Assembly (NCBI RefSeq): GCF_009914755.1
Contig: NC_060925.1
DNA: 64,000 bases
From: the human T2T-CHM13v2.0 reference genome, Homo sapiens
Strand: one strand, 5' to 3'
In this document: positions 23,733 to 49,131 of the stretch, one piece after another
Layout: the number at the start of each line of letters is the position of its first letter
How positions within the stretch are numbered: the first letter of the stretch is position 1
Notes under the pieces: generated by a model
What the model was told of the DNA's origin: nothing
The model's database searches: none
What the model saw: only the letters and a program-made list of their open reading frames with translations
Made by a program: the position numbers and the translations under genes

Positions 23733-23886
23733 TCATGCCTGTAATCCCAGCACTCTGGGAGGCCGAGGTGGGCAGATCACGAGGTCAAGAGTTCGAGACC
23801 AGCCTGGCCAACATAGTGAACCCCCATCTCTACTAAAAATTTAAAAATTAGCCGGGTGTGGTGGCACTCACCTGTAGTCCCAGCTA

Positions 23887-24013
<127 letters not shown>

Positions 24014-24137
24014 TTATAACTATATGGTGTATGTGTAAATATATGCATATATATAACTATATATAAACTACAGAAACCTTATATGTGCATATATATACAG
24101 TTTTCATTTTCTCTGTTCAATATTATTTTATCACCCA

Positions 24138-29043
<4,906 letters not shown>

Positions 29044-29304
29044 TCAGGTATTTTTGTCTTGGAGTTCAGTGCTATTTCCATATGTCATTTTGCCTCTGTA
29101 TTATGAGACTTATACTTTGAAAAAGATTCAGATAAAAAACCTGAGCAAATCAGCAATTAATGGGATTCTGCTAAAACTCTTTGCCACAGTGGACTGTGAG
29201 AGAACTGGAGGAGTCTCAGGGCTTGCGGGATGTGTGTATAGGTTTGAGCTGCCAAGCTTCTGTCCCCTTCATTGATGAGAGGAGGAAAGCGAGATGGGAA
29301 GTAG

Positions 29305-29798
<494 letters not shown>

Positions 29799-30665
29799 TG
29801 AAGGCCAGGTGCTATGGCTCACGCCTGTAATTCCAGCATCTTGGGAGGCCAAGGTGGGTGGATTGCTTGATCCCAGGAGTTCAGGAGCAGCCTGGCCAAC
29901 ATAGGGAAACCCCATTTCTACTATTTAAAAAACAAACAAAAAAATGAATATATACTAGAGACTTTGAACTTACTGGAATTTAGCTGCTCAGAGAGTTAGA
30001 GATGCGCAGCTAGGACAATAGGGGCTACAGGGTGTGGTGAGATACAAGGAACTTGGAAATGAGTCTTTCCCTTGTCGGGGAGTGACTCTGATTAAACTGA
30101 AAAAAGTTGCTTGGAATGCTTTGTCCCAAACAATTATCCTTTATGTACTAGATTTGGCTACACTTACTCACGTTCCTAGCTGATAACAAAAGGAAGAGGT
30201 GGGAGGCAGAACATGACTTTTTCCTCTTCAAGAAACCCAAAGGAAACAATACAGTTATGAAATCTGGGATCATCTTCATAATTCTCAGAGAAAACAGAGC
30301 CCCAAATATTTTGAAGACTTGGCTAGGAGTACAGCTTTCCCAGAAGTAAAATTAGAATACAGATATCTTGACTCCTGACTTGGTACGCTACCTCAGTGAT
30401 GTCCATTCACGAAATCTCTGTAGCTCTGCCTCCCTAGTCAAACTGAGAAAAGAGTGGACGACATGGGTCACAAAGAATGAAATATCTTTTGGGGACTCTT
30501 GGAAGTCCTGTACTCAAAGATTGGACATATATATAAAGTGAGTATATGCAGTGACCATTTCTTATCTTCCCTAACCAGAATAGAAATTGTACTTAGCCAG
30601 GAAAAGCCCCAAGTGTTAGTATAATTACATATTATTATTGCTGTTGAAGAGCAAAGTATTTGTAA

Positions 30666-31235
<570 letters not shown>

Positions 31236-32274
31236 TAGTGTAGCTCTGTTGCTCAGGCTAGAATACTGTGAAAGCCCACATTTCTTTTCTTTTCTCTTTG
31301 TCACCCAGGCTGGAGTGCAATGGTGCAATGGAGCGATGTCAGCTCACAGCAACCTCTGCCTCCCGGGTTCAAGCGATTCTCCTGCTTCAGCCTCCTGAGT
31401 AGCTGGGATTACAGGCACCCGCCATCATGCCTGGCTAATTTTTTTGTATTTTTGTAGAGACAGAGTTTCACCATGTTGGCCAGACTGGTCTTGAACTCCT
31501 GATCTCAGGTGATCCACCTGCCTCAGCTTCCCAAAGTGCTAGGATTACAGGTGTGAGCCACCGAGCCCAGCCGAAAGCCCACATTTCTTATTCTGATATT
31601 CTAGGCTTTATACAATCTACCCCAGAATTTACCTATCATCTTATTTACCACTATTCTCTGTCCCTTTGCTCTACAGGCTAACCTTCCAGTTCGCTAAACT
31701 GACATGATGCTTTTCTGCCCCTAGGGCCTTTGCACGTTTTCTTGCTGTCTTTCTTCCTTCCTTTCCCCTGCCTGTTTTTTCAAGGCCCAGATTATAAATC
31801 ACTCTATTCTAGTTGAAAGGGAAGCTTTCCAGTAACACTTCATTTGTGCCATTGATTTGGCATTTATCATATTCTTCCTTAGGCTTGTAGATAATACCAG
31901 CAGTTCCAAAACCTTTTAACAAATTCTCCAGCCCTGAGAATCACTTCTCTTTGGCAGGTCCAGTAATCTGGTGAACTAGTTACCTGCCTCAACTTTCTCA
32001 ACTCCTCACTCTTTCACATCTGTTCTTCCAATTTAAGTTCCAGAACAGAGACTTCACCTTCTCCTCTAAGTTCCAAGTTTTGACTATTTGGCTGTTCTCT
32101 TTTTCTCTTTTCCTCTTTCTCCCATCTCATCTTAGTTCTTGAATCTTGTCTCCTTTTCTAGCTTCTTATTAAAACATAACCAAGTCTCTTCTTCTTCTCC
32201 TTTCTTTTTTTTGAGATGGAGTTTCGCTCTTGTTGCCCAGGCTGGAGTGCAATGGCACAATCTCGGTTCGCTGA

Positions 32275-32508
<234 letters not shown>

Positions 32509-32601
32509 TAAAAATGAAACCAGCTGGGCACAGTGGCAAATGCCTGTAATCCCAACACTTTGGAGGCCGAGGCGGGTGGATCACTTGAGCTCAGGAGTTC
32601 A

Positions 32602-32763
<162 letters not shown>

Positions 32764-32929
32764 CTACACTCCAGCCTGCGTGACAGTGAGACCCTGTCTC
32801 AAAAAAAACCAAACACCCCCCCACCAGTCTCCCCACAAAACCCCAAAACCAAACATAGAAGTTGCCCTTTCTTTTACCCTGTTTTCCTTTAAGTCAAGGT
32901 ACCCTCTCTCTTTCCTTTTTATTGATACA

Positions 32930-34003
<1,074 letters not shown>

Positions 34004-34021
34004 TAAACGGGTGATCTTTGA

Positions 34022-34294
<273 letters not shown>

Positions 34295-35095
34295 TAGTAG
34301 AGACGGGGTTTCACCATGTTAGCGAGGATGGCAAATCCACTTCTTTGATGAAACCTGCAATTTACCTAAAACTTTCTCTATTATCCCATTTCATAAAATA
34401 AAACTTCTCTCTTTAACATCTATCAGTGTTATTTCTTCTTTCTGGGTATTATATTTGCTATAAATTCTGTTTTTGCTGTATTTATAAACTGGCCAATTTT
34501 GCCATTTCTTTTTTGAAAAAATTTTATTATTATTATTTTTTATAAAGATGGGGTCTCACTGTGTTGCCCAGGCTGGTCTTGAATTCCTGGGTTCAAGCGA
34601 TCCAACTCCAGGGCTCAAGCTATCCTCCTGTTTTGGCCTCCCAAAGTGCTGGGATTAGAGGCATGAGTCATCACGCCTGGCCCTGTAGCATTTCTTAAGG
34701 AGAGGGATCACCTGTCTTCTGAACTCTGGAAAAAGACCAGGGTGTCGCCTTTGTCACTTGTGCCTGGATGTACCTCTCAGACTGAGTGCTTCCTTGAAGA
34801 ACAGATGACGAAGGCGGTGACTCAGAGGCTCCCACTTATCCTTGTAATTCGTGTTCATGGTGCTGGGTAACCACCCAAATTGGTATTTACTACAAATATA
34901 CTAAGTATCCTAATTGCTAAGGTGTTATCTAGGGGAGTTTAGGCGCTTCCGCCTTTCCAATATCTGAGTCAATTTAATATCCCACATTAAAAAAAAAAAA
35001 TCTCCTTACAAACACTTGGTGGGGGCGAGCGTGGTGGCTCACTCCTGTAGTCCCAGTACTTTGAGAGGTCGAGGCAGGCGGTTCGCTTGAGTTCA

Positions 35096-35383
<288 letters not shown>

Positions 35384-36319
35384 CTAGCCCTTTGGGAGGC
35401 CAAGGTGGGCAGATCACTTAAGGACAGGAGTTCAAGACCAGCCTGGTGAAACCCTGTCTTTATTAAAAAATACAAAATATTAGCCGGAAATCAATTGAAT
35501 CTGGGAGGCGGAGGTTGCAGTGAGCCGAGATTGCGCCACTGGACTTTAGCCTGGGCGATAGAGCAAGACTCCGTCTTAAAAAAAAACAACAACAAAAAAA
35601 ACCCAAACCAAAAACCATCCCATGGGAGTGTCTCTGAACCTATTCTGGTTCAGGAGGCTGCACAATAAAAGAAAAACAAGAAAAAATTTTTTAAAAAAAA
35701 GTCTTTTAAAAGCCACCCAGTGTTCAGGAGGTGCGCTCCTGGAAGGACATTTCCTCTTCTGTCCCTACCCCCACTACATGTTTTTTGCTGTTCCTCCCCA
35801 GGGAACAGGCCGGTTTGATGGCCCTAATCCTTATATACAGCTTGCTCTGGAATGCAGAGACTTTGCATCCCAGCTGAGGAGCTGGTAAGTGGACTTTACT
35901 CTGTAGGACCCACACCTAGCTTTTGAAGGCTTGGGGAGGGGCGGAAACCAGCTCCCGAGAATACACCGGAATCTGTGCTGCATCGAAGATTCCTCTTCTA
36001 CTCCAATAGATACAGGGTAAATATTTGTTGTAACTAAATGAGAACAAAATCCGGAGCCCAGCAACGTAAACTAAGTCAATCTCTTTTTTACATATCTCAA
36101 CGGTTAACAGCTAGGATGCCAGCTTTAATGTTGTTTTAACTGCAGCTGGTATGAGCGGTCCTGCAGTTTGCAGAGCCCCTAGTTTTTACTCTTTTCTAGG
36201 AACTGGGATCAGCATCCCTACTTTTTGAGAGGCTAACTCTGAGGTAAATTTACAACTGAGTCCCTTTCAGTTTAGAACGAAGGTCATTCCTATTTTGGTA
36301 AATTTGCGTCCCCGGTTTC

Positions 36320-36700
36320 CATTCATTCAGTCAACAAATATTTATTAAGCATGTAGTATGTACCAGTCCCTGTTGTAGGCGTTTGGGGTGAAGCAAGGCA
36401 CAGAACAAGAGATCCTTGCTCTGGTGAAGCTTATCGTAGGACGGGAGGCAAAATGATGAAAATGATTTTTAAAATTATGTTATTAACTAGAAGGTGATAA
36501 ATATTACATAGAAAAAGATGTCAGGCTGCAAAATGATTGCGGAGGCCACAAGATAAAAGAGAATCCAAGATCAGGGTTCTGGTTCGGGTCAGGGAAAAGG
36601 GAGACGAGCTGAGGTGCAGGAGGCTCTGACGTCGGGGGACAACGGAGATATTTTCTGCAGAAAGTGACGAAAGAGCATTCTGGTTCCTGCAGAGGTAGGT
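36320..36700 (-). mobile_element. LINE2 3' fragment directly upstream of the promoter
   Basis: ATTCATTCAGTCAACAAATATTTATTAAGCATGTAGTATGTACCAG is a reverse-strand L2 tail. Confidence 0.7.
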
Positions 36701-37029
36701 GAAGGACAGAAAGGGCCCTGGCCGGCGATTCCCTTGGAGTAAACGGGAGGCAGGAGGCTGTTTTCTAGCAGAGCCCAGAAGATGCTCTGGCCGACGGCTC
36801 CCGGGATCTTGGCCGGCGGTCACTCGCGACCATCCGCGACGCCCCCAAAATGGCCTCCGCGCCCCTCGCCGCCCCGCCCCGACGCTCCGCAGCCCGCGGG
36901 TCCACGTGACCTGGCCCGCCCTTCGCGGCTGGAGACCCCGGGTCCCGGTCCCCGCACCGGAGGCCCCGCCCCCTACGGGAAGCGGACCAACCGGAGCGGG
37001 GAAAGGCAGGGCGGGCACTGACGGCCCGC

Positions 37030-37129
37030 GGGGGTGGAGCTCCGCAGCGGAGTAACAGGTTGGTGGGAGGGGGAGAAAGGAGGGAGCTCCGAGGACGAGG
37101 GGGAGGGCCAGAGCTGCGCGTGCTGCTTT

Positions 37130-37183
<54 letters not shown>

Positions 37184-37215
37184 ACGCAAGCCTGGGAGCG
37201 CGGAGCCCGGCTAGG
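37030..37215 (+). other. CGN: CGN exon 1 (non-coding 5'UTR; start approximate)
   Basis: Strong donor AGG|GTGAGT at 37215/37216 inside the CpG island; no ATG in the exon. Confidence 0.8.
37130..37183 (+). repeat. (GCCCGA)9 hexanucleotide tandem repeat in exon 1
   Basis: Nine perfect copies counted directly. Confidence 0.97.
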
Positions 37216-40200
37216 GTGAGTGGACCCGGTGCGGGCCAGGGCACCCGAGAGGAAAGCGAGCCTTCAGGGGTACCTTTGAGGGGCAGGCATCGAGGCGGTG
37301 TGAGATGCCCCTCTCCAGGGCACCGGTGCCGAGTGGGAGACGGGAGGAGGGGAGATTGGGGCGGGGTGGGGTACTGATTAAGAGCCGACCCCTACCCTGA
37401 GGTGCCAGATGCAGGTGGCTAGGAAGGTGCCAGGCGAGGGGCCCCTGGGGCGAAGGCTGTTCCCAGCGCATGAAAGCGTTTCAGCGCCAGATGTCTCTGG
37501 AGGTCAGACGCCAGCCCTAGGGGCAGAATTTCTCTTGGAGACAGCGGTGGCGCGGGGAAGGAGTTAGTTCCAGCTGAGTCGGGAACTGCTGCTGCCTGAG
37601 GTGCAGACTCGCCAGGGGAGGGCATCTGCAGGTGCTGCTCGCCTGAGGGTCTTTCCTGCGTCCTGCGGTCTCAGCTGGCCGTTGTCAGCACCCTGGTGGC
37701 TTTGAGATGACTCTGAGGTGTGGGATTTTTTCCCCAGCCCTTCACCTCCGGCCGAAGGCAGTTGCGAATCAGAGACACTGAGGGGCAGATGAGAGGGCAC
37801 CCTCATCTCTTCACCAGGTGTACAACCATTAGGCTTTCACTTTGTGTCCTTTGCTTTCGTGCCAGGGAGAATCGTTCCTTCTTCCTCTTGAGAGAGAGAG
37901 AGAGTACTCCCCAAGAGAGGGATATGAGGAAGCAAAGAGCCCTGCCTGGTCCTGCAAAATATTGATAAATATTAATACTTATTTCTCAGGAGGCCCCTTT
38001 CTGGGGGCGGATGTCAAACCCTTTCTCCAAGTACCCACATATTTTTTCTGTGGTTCTAGATGGGGACCATTGGATGAGGTTTGGGAGCCCAACCAATTTC
38101 CTTGATGTCTGGAGGAATCCCCATTACTCCCTGAACGCCCTCCAGGCATCCCTGACTCCTGAACTGCGGTGGCTGTCAGAATGGCAGCAGGCACTATTGG
38201 GGCAGGAAATAGGCAGGACTCATCAGGAGACCACGAGACTAGGGAAATTACAACTCCAAATCCCCAGGACAGATGAAAGGTGCACCTTGGGGCCCAGACA
38301 AGACTGGAGGCAAATTTCTTTGCCTTAGGCAGGTAAAGGAACTAGAGTCAACCTTAGCTTGGCCCCTTTGAAGCCCTGCCTGAGGAAGGTTGTTGTAATT
38401 GGGAAATAATTAGCAACCGCTATGTTTGTAGATGGGCTGCCTACACATGCCTATGCATCTCTTCTTTCATCCTGGATGTTTGGGAGTCTGGGGGCTGGCT
38501 CTGGGGGACTGCTAATCCAGAGATTTGCCCGACTCTAAGAGGATTCTGGCTTCCTAGAACCCTTCCTGTGTTTCCCAGGCTGGCCTGCATGCCATTCCCC
38601 TTGTGGGAGGTGATGGGGGTGTAGGGCTCTTCTCTTTGTGCCAGGGAGGGGCGGACTGAGGACCAGGGAGGTGGCCAAAGCAAGTGTGGGATCAGGAATG
38701 CAACTTTGGGAACCTCAAAGGGAGGGGTGGAGGGAGACAAAGTCTCCCTGTCACATACTGGCCTGTCACCAGGTTCCTGTTCATCTGCTCCTCCTGCCTG
38801 TTCCCTCCCTGCCCTCTGTCCTCTCCTTCAGAGCTTTGGCTTTGCCATCAAGGCTGGAGAGCCCCTGCCTGTGGTCTTGCCCCTCTGCCTCCTCCGTGGT
38901 GTGGAATTTCTCTGGTCTGCTTTACAAGCTGCCAGTGTAGTTTCCCCGGCCCTCCCCTTCCCCTTGCCTCTCAAACCAGTCCAGCCAGTTTGCAGGGGCC
39001 CAGTTCCTCATTGTGTTTTTTTCCCTACTGGCCAAGCAGCTGTAGCCTGGCTCTCAGGTTTCTGCTCTTTCAGCGGACCTGGGCAGGAGTCCACTTGGGG
39101 GATTCTTTTTGGATCCACGGGGAACCTTCTTATCTCTAACTATGAGAAAAAGGGTGCCAAATCATCAAGGTCACTGAGCTGTCCTTTTCTATTTCGACCA
39201 TTTGCTTTCCTTGTTTCCTCTGAGGGGATTCTAATCTCTATACCTCAAGATCTCCCGTTTTCTAAATCTGCCAATTATTTAGCATCAAGCATATTGCCTG
39301 GCCCTATGTGAATCAGTCCTTCCTCCACACACCCGAAACCACCCCACCCCCACTTCCTGCCAGAAGTCCAGATACCCTGTCACTCCTAGTTGGAAACCAG
39401 ATGCATATGGCTGGGCCAGAGGTGATGGAATTGGGGCAGGGCAGGCTAATGAGTAACTCAGGGAGAAGTGGCTGTCTGGTACAGGTGTAGAGTGTTCTCC
39501 CACTCCTTGCAGGCAGGAAAGGCAGAAGCAGACAGATGCACCTGAATCAACTTGTGGTCTGGTCTCTTCCTGGAGTACAGTTGGTGAGGAGAGCCCTGGA
39601 CATGTGATAGGGGAGAGAAAAGTAGGGTCAGGCATTGGTGAGGGCGCAGGCCCTGGACTCCATGTTGCCTGGCCCTTGATCACTGTTTACCTGCCTGTCT
39701 CTGGGGCTTACGCAAGGCCTCAGAGCTGCCCTGCTGCCTTGGTCCCGCCCCACTGTCCTCTGTAACCAAAGGCGGGTAGGTTTCGGGTTTTCCATGTTGA
39801 ATCATTTAGAGCCCTGCTTTCTGACCCACCCCAAAGATCCCTTCAGCCCTCCTGGCCCCTGATCCACATGTCCTTGGACTGAAGGTGATTGAGGTTAGGG
39901 AGTTAACCTAACCTGGGACCTGGGGAGTGTTCAACACTGCCTCTGAATAATTTAGTGCTGTTGCTCAAGGGTCTGTGCCCTCTGCTGGGCCTAGGCTGGG
40001 AACTCCTTGACCTGGATCTGGAAGATCAGTAGATGTACTGACAGGGTAGACTGCATCATGAATAAATCATATGGCTTCTGAGAGCTGGCAATCTAGGCAC
40101 TTCTGGTTCTAAGATCATGACTACATAGGGCAGCAAGTCTGGACCAGGAGGAGGTCCTGTTGCTAAGAGGTCCTGTTACTGAGGCAAAGTAGATTTGTCC

Positions 40201-40714
40201 TGGGCAAATCTCCCCACTGCTGTGCAAGTGGGCTTTAGTTCAGGATACAGCCTTTAACAAATATTTGTTGACATCTACCACGTGTCCAAACACCTGGGGA
40301 CACAGTGGTTAGCTGCTAGCCATGGTCTTTGCCCTCCAGGAGCTTATTATCTCGTAGGGGAGACAGACAGGAAATAATTACTCCAATAAATGTATAAATA
40401 TAAACTGGAGTAAACCTGCTGAAGGACAACTATAGAGCGTATAACGTGGATCTGACCTGGTTTGTGGGAGGCTGATTTGTGAGAACTGACCTTGTTTGTG
40501 GGAGTGGTGGTCAGGGAAGGCTTCTCTGAAGAAGTGACATCTTTCTATGAACCAGGTGAAGCCAAAAGTGCCTGTTGGACAAAGTAGCATGTGTGAAGGA
40601 TGATATTTGTTGTCAGCTTTGTGATAGTCACATGCTAAATGTTTTCATGTTTAATATCTTGTTTTTCTCTCCTTTTTATTAAATTAGAACCCAAGTTCAA
40701 TAAAGTACAAACAT

Positions 40715-43845
<3,131 letters not shown>

Positions 43846-43920
43846 TCAAGCAAAATCTTTAAACTTTTAACAAAGCCTAGCTCCCCAGGGCTGTATCAGA
43901 GGAAGTGGATTCTTTTAGGT

Positions 43921-44103
43921 TAGTGAGTCTCAAAGTGTGGTACCTGGACCAGTAGCATCAGTATCACCTGGGGAACTTGGTTAGAAATGCAAATTCTCAA
44001 GTCCTAACCCAGACCTACTGAATCAGAAGCTCTGGAGGTTAGGTCCAGCAACCGGTATGTTAAAAGGCTCTCCAGGGGCCTTCTGTTAGTCTGAGAATCA
44101 GTG
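43921..44103 (+). mobile_element. MER5A hAT element 100 nt upstream of exon 2
   Basis: TCTCAAAGTGTGGTACCTGGACCAGTAGCATCAGTATCACCTGGG..TTAGAAATGCAAATTCTC..CAGACCTACTGAATCAGAA. Confidence 0.85.
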
Positions 44104-44217
44104 GTTTATCTAGTAGGAACTGACAGGGAAGTCAGCCCGCAGGTAGAAGTTTCATAGTTTCTAGTGAAGTCTCTCAGCCTAAACTCATTTCTTCATCTTC
44201 TAGGACTCCTCCTATTT

Positions 44218-45090
44218 ATGGAGCAGGCACCCAACATGGCTGAGCCCCGGGGCCCCGTAGACCATGGAGTCCAGATTCGCTTCATCACAGAGCCAGTGAG
44301 TGGTGCAGAGATGGGCACTCTACGTCGAGGTGGACGACGCCCAGCTAAGGATGCAAGAGCCAGTACCTACGGGGTTGCTGTGCGTGTGCAGGGAATCGCT
44401 GGGCAGCCCTTTGTGGTGCTCAACAGTGGGGAGAAAGGCGGTGACTCCTTTGGGGTCCAAATCAAGGGGGCCAATGACCAAGGGGCCTCAGGAGCTCTGA
44501 GCTCAGATTTGGAACTCCCTGAGAACCCCTACTCTCAGGTCAAGGGATTTCCTGCCCCCTCGCAGAGCAGCACATCTGATGAGGAGCCTGGGGCCTACTG
44601 GAATGGAAAGCTACTCCGTTCCCACTCCCAGGCCTCACTGGCAGGCCCTGGCCCAGTGGATCCTAGTAACAGAAGCAACAGCATGCTGGAGCTAGCCCCG
44701 AAAGTGGCTTCCCCAGGTAGCACCATTGACACTGCTCCCCTGTCTTCAGTGGACTCACTCATCAACAAGTTTGACAGTCAACTTGGAGGCCAGGCCCGGG
44801 GTCGGACTGGCCGCCGAACACGGATGCTACCCCCTGAACAGCGCAAACGGAGCAAGAGCCTGGACAGCCGCCTCCCACGGGACACCTTTGAGGAACGGGA
44901 GCGCCAGTCCACCAACCACTGGACCTCTAGCACAAAATATGACAACCATGTGGGCACTTCGAAGCAGCCAGCCCAGAGCCAGAACCTGAGTCCTCTCAGT
45001 GGCTTTAGCCGTTCTCGTCAGACTCAGGACTGGGTCCTTCAGAGTTTTGAGGAGCCGCGGAGGAGTGCACAGGACCCCACCATGCTGCAG
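44218..45090 (+). CDS. CGN: CGN exon 2 coding part (exon begins 44204); globular head with ZO-1 interaction motif
   Basis: Acceptor ttctag|G at 44203/44204; ATG 44218; 291 codons including [15 protein letters not shown] (ZIM) and RxxS sites LLRSHSQ and NRSNSML; donor CAG|GTCAGA. Confidence 0.97.
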
Positions 45091-45863
45091 GTCAGACCCA
45101 GCCCCTCCCTGACTTCTAAATGTCAGCCCCTTCTCCCTTCTCATCAGCTTTTACCCACCAGCCATGAGCCTCCTTGCTAATTCAAATAGCCTAGGCAGAA
45201 ACTCTCTGCCTTTTGTTCTCTACTGTATCTGTCCACAAAATAGGTGATATTCACATGCACAGGATATTTCCATGGGTAAAATTCTAAAGAAAATGGAGCA
45301 AGCTATAAAATCACTATTCACAAGTTTGGACCTAGTTGTCATTGCCACAACCATTAACTATGGCTCAGTCACCAGCATTTGCAAGGTCTGCAGAATATGT
45401 AAGGCGGGCTTGGAGGATAAGAGCAGTTTCCTTGGTGCTCTTGCCAAAATTCCACACCTTTCTCTCCTACTCAGGAATGTAAGTAAGTGAGGGAGTGACT
45501 TTACTTTGAGAGAAACGTAAGTCTGTTTTAAAAGTAAATTATTTATAAACTCTAGCATGTTAACTACCATTAGTGACAAATCACTTGTGGCACAGTTTGC
45601 AGCTGGTTGAGATGTTTGTTGAGGAAAATCTGGTTTACAGCAACAGTGCAGAGGTGCATCCTGTGTTGGCCTCTCCCTGGCCTGTTGCTCAGGCCTCCAC
45701 AGCATGTTTTCCTTGCTGCATTTCAGGATTGTTCATCATGCTTGAAGGGACTTGACCTGAGACTGCCACTTCTCCTCCATCTGAACCCCACGCATGCTTC
45801 TGGCCTAATCTTCCTATTTCTTTCTTTCTTTCTTTTTTTTTTCTTTTTCTTTTTTTTTAACAG

Positions 45864-45964
45864 TTCAAATCAACTCCAGACCTCCTTCGAGACCAGCAGG
45901 AGGCAGCCCCACCAGGCAGTGTGGACCATATGAAGGCCACCATCTATGGCATCCTGAGGGAGGG
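45864..45964 (+). CDS. CGN: CGN exon 3 ([10 protein letters not shown]...GILREG)
   Basis: Long pyrimidine tract, aacag|TTC; GG|GTGAGT; 101 nt. Confidence 0.95.
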
Positions 45965-46111
45965 GTGAGTGGGGGCCCCCCCAACAACAGAGGCATACCC
46001 CTCCTTCTTTTTCTTCTAGCTTTGTTTCCCATCTTCCCTGATTTTACCCTTTCCTGATCTCTGCTACCTCTTTCCTCCCCTAACCCTTGCTTCTATCCTT
46101 TTATCCTCTAG

Positions 46112-46181
46112 AAGCTCAGAAAGTGAAACCTCTGTGAGGAGGAAGGTTAGTTTGGTGCTGGAGAAGATGCAGCCTCTAGTG
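46112..46181 (+). CDS. CGN: CGN exon 4 (SSESETSVRRKVSLVLEKMQPLV)
   Basis: ctag|A acceptor; GTG|GTGAGT; 70 nt, phase consistent. Confidence 0.93.
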
Positions 46182-46293
46182 GTGAGTGGCCTTCTCTGGA
46201 TGGGAGCAAGGGTCAAGGTTAGAGCTTTGAGGGCCTCAGGGGATCCAGACTTGGACTCACTCCCTTCCCCCACACCCCCCATATCTCTGGCAG

Positions 46294-46389
46294 ATGGTTT
46301 CTTCTGGTTCTACTAAGGCCGTGGCAGGGCAGGGTGAGCTTACCCGAAAAGTGGAGGAGCTACAGCGAAAGCTGGATGAAGAGGTGAAG
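46294..46389 (+). CDS. CGN: CGN exon 5 (MVSSGSTK...LDEEVK)
   Basis: ggcag|ATG; AAG|GTAAGG; 96 nt. Confidence 0.94.
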
Positions 46390-47194
46390 GTAAGGAAAGG
46401 TTAGAGGTGCCGGAGGCATGAAGGAAAACAGGGAAAAAGCCTTGGCCTGGAGATGGGCTGAGCTGACCCTTCTAAGCAATGGAACAAGCATGTTTGTGTC
46501 TTATGAGACAAGAGACAAGAATGTGTACTAATTCCAGGAAGGACTTCTGGGGTTCTGTGGGGGTTAGGGAGGCAGAGCACATTAGGAATCTACCTACCTT
46601 CCATTCCACTCCCTTTGGGAGTTCCCATCCTGGCTCTGCCCCTTACTAGCTATATAAAACTTAAGAAAATTACTTACATTCTCTGTGCCTCAATTTTTTT
46701 TTATCATTATCATAATAATGGCAATAGTAGTAGCTATCATTTATTGAGTATAATTTTGGTAGTATGTACTGTCCTGGGTACTGTAATCATTATAGTTACC
46801 CTGTGAATACCTATTCTGGACCCTTTTCTGATGAGAAAACTGAAGATCAGAGAGGCTAAGTAAATTGCCTATGGTAGTAAGTTGCAGAGAGGAATGAAAA
46901 AATCCGGGTCAGTCTTATTCTAAAGCCAGTGTACCCTTTTTAAAAACATGTCTTCTGCCTTTCATCATATTGGTTTGTGTGTAGTTGGTGCTCAATAAAT
47001 GTTGGATTGTAACTTCCCTTGTCTTTTGGAAATCATTGTAGTGTAATGATTAAGTGATTGGCTGTGGAGCCAAACTAACTGGGTTCAAATCCTGGTTCTG
47101 TTACTTGTTGGCTGTGTAACTGACCTTGGGCAAGTTCTTTAAATGTTCTAAGCCTCTGTTTCCTAAATTGTAAAGTGGGGATTATGATAGTACT

Positions 47195-48960
<1,766 letters not shown>

Positions 48961-49131
48961 AGTACCAAGGCTAGTTATGAGGATTAGATGTGGATAATAC
49001 ACATAAGGTCCTAAGTATAGTGTCTATCATACAGCAAGTGTCCAATGAGTGTTAGACATTCCCATTATTCTGAGTCTTTCTGAGAGGCTTTCCCTACCCT
49101 CTACCTGCTGTACTCTCATTCCCTTTTACAG

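Larger units (their letters stand above)
36720..37400 (+). promoter_or_regulatory. CGN: CpG-island promoter of CGN
   Basis: Sharp rise in GC and CpG density. YY1-like CAAAATGGCC 36846-36855, E-box CACGTGAC 36903-36910, GC boxes (CCCCGCCCC ~36964), GRHL-like AACAGGTT 37054-37061; no obvious TATA. Confidence 0.88.

Noticed and set aside
36521-37377. Long ORFs on both strands over the promoter (poly-SG, GL, AR, PS)
   Set aside because: Explained by stop-codon scarcity in the CpG island plus the hexamer repeat; non-ATG starts and no recognisable homology.
44164-45180. 338-aa ORF as a stand-alone protein or N-terminal extension
   Set aside because: It is exon 2 plus intronic flanks; in spliced mRNA an in-frame TAG (37212-37214) precedes the ATG.
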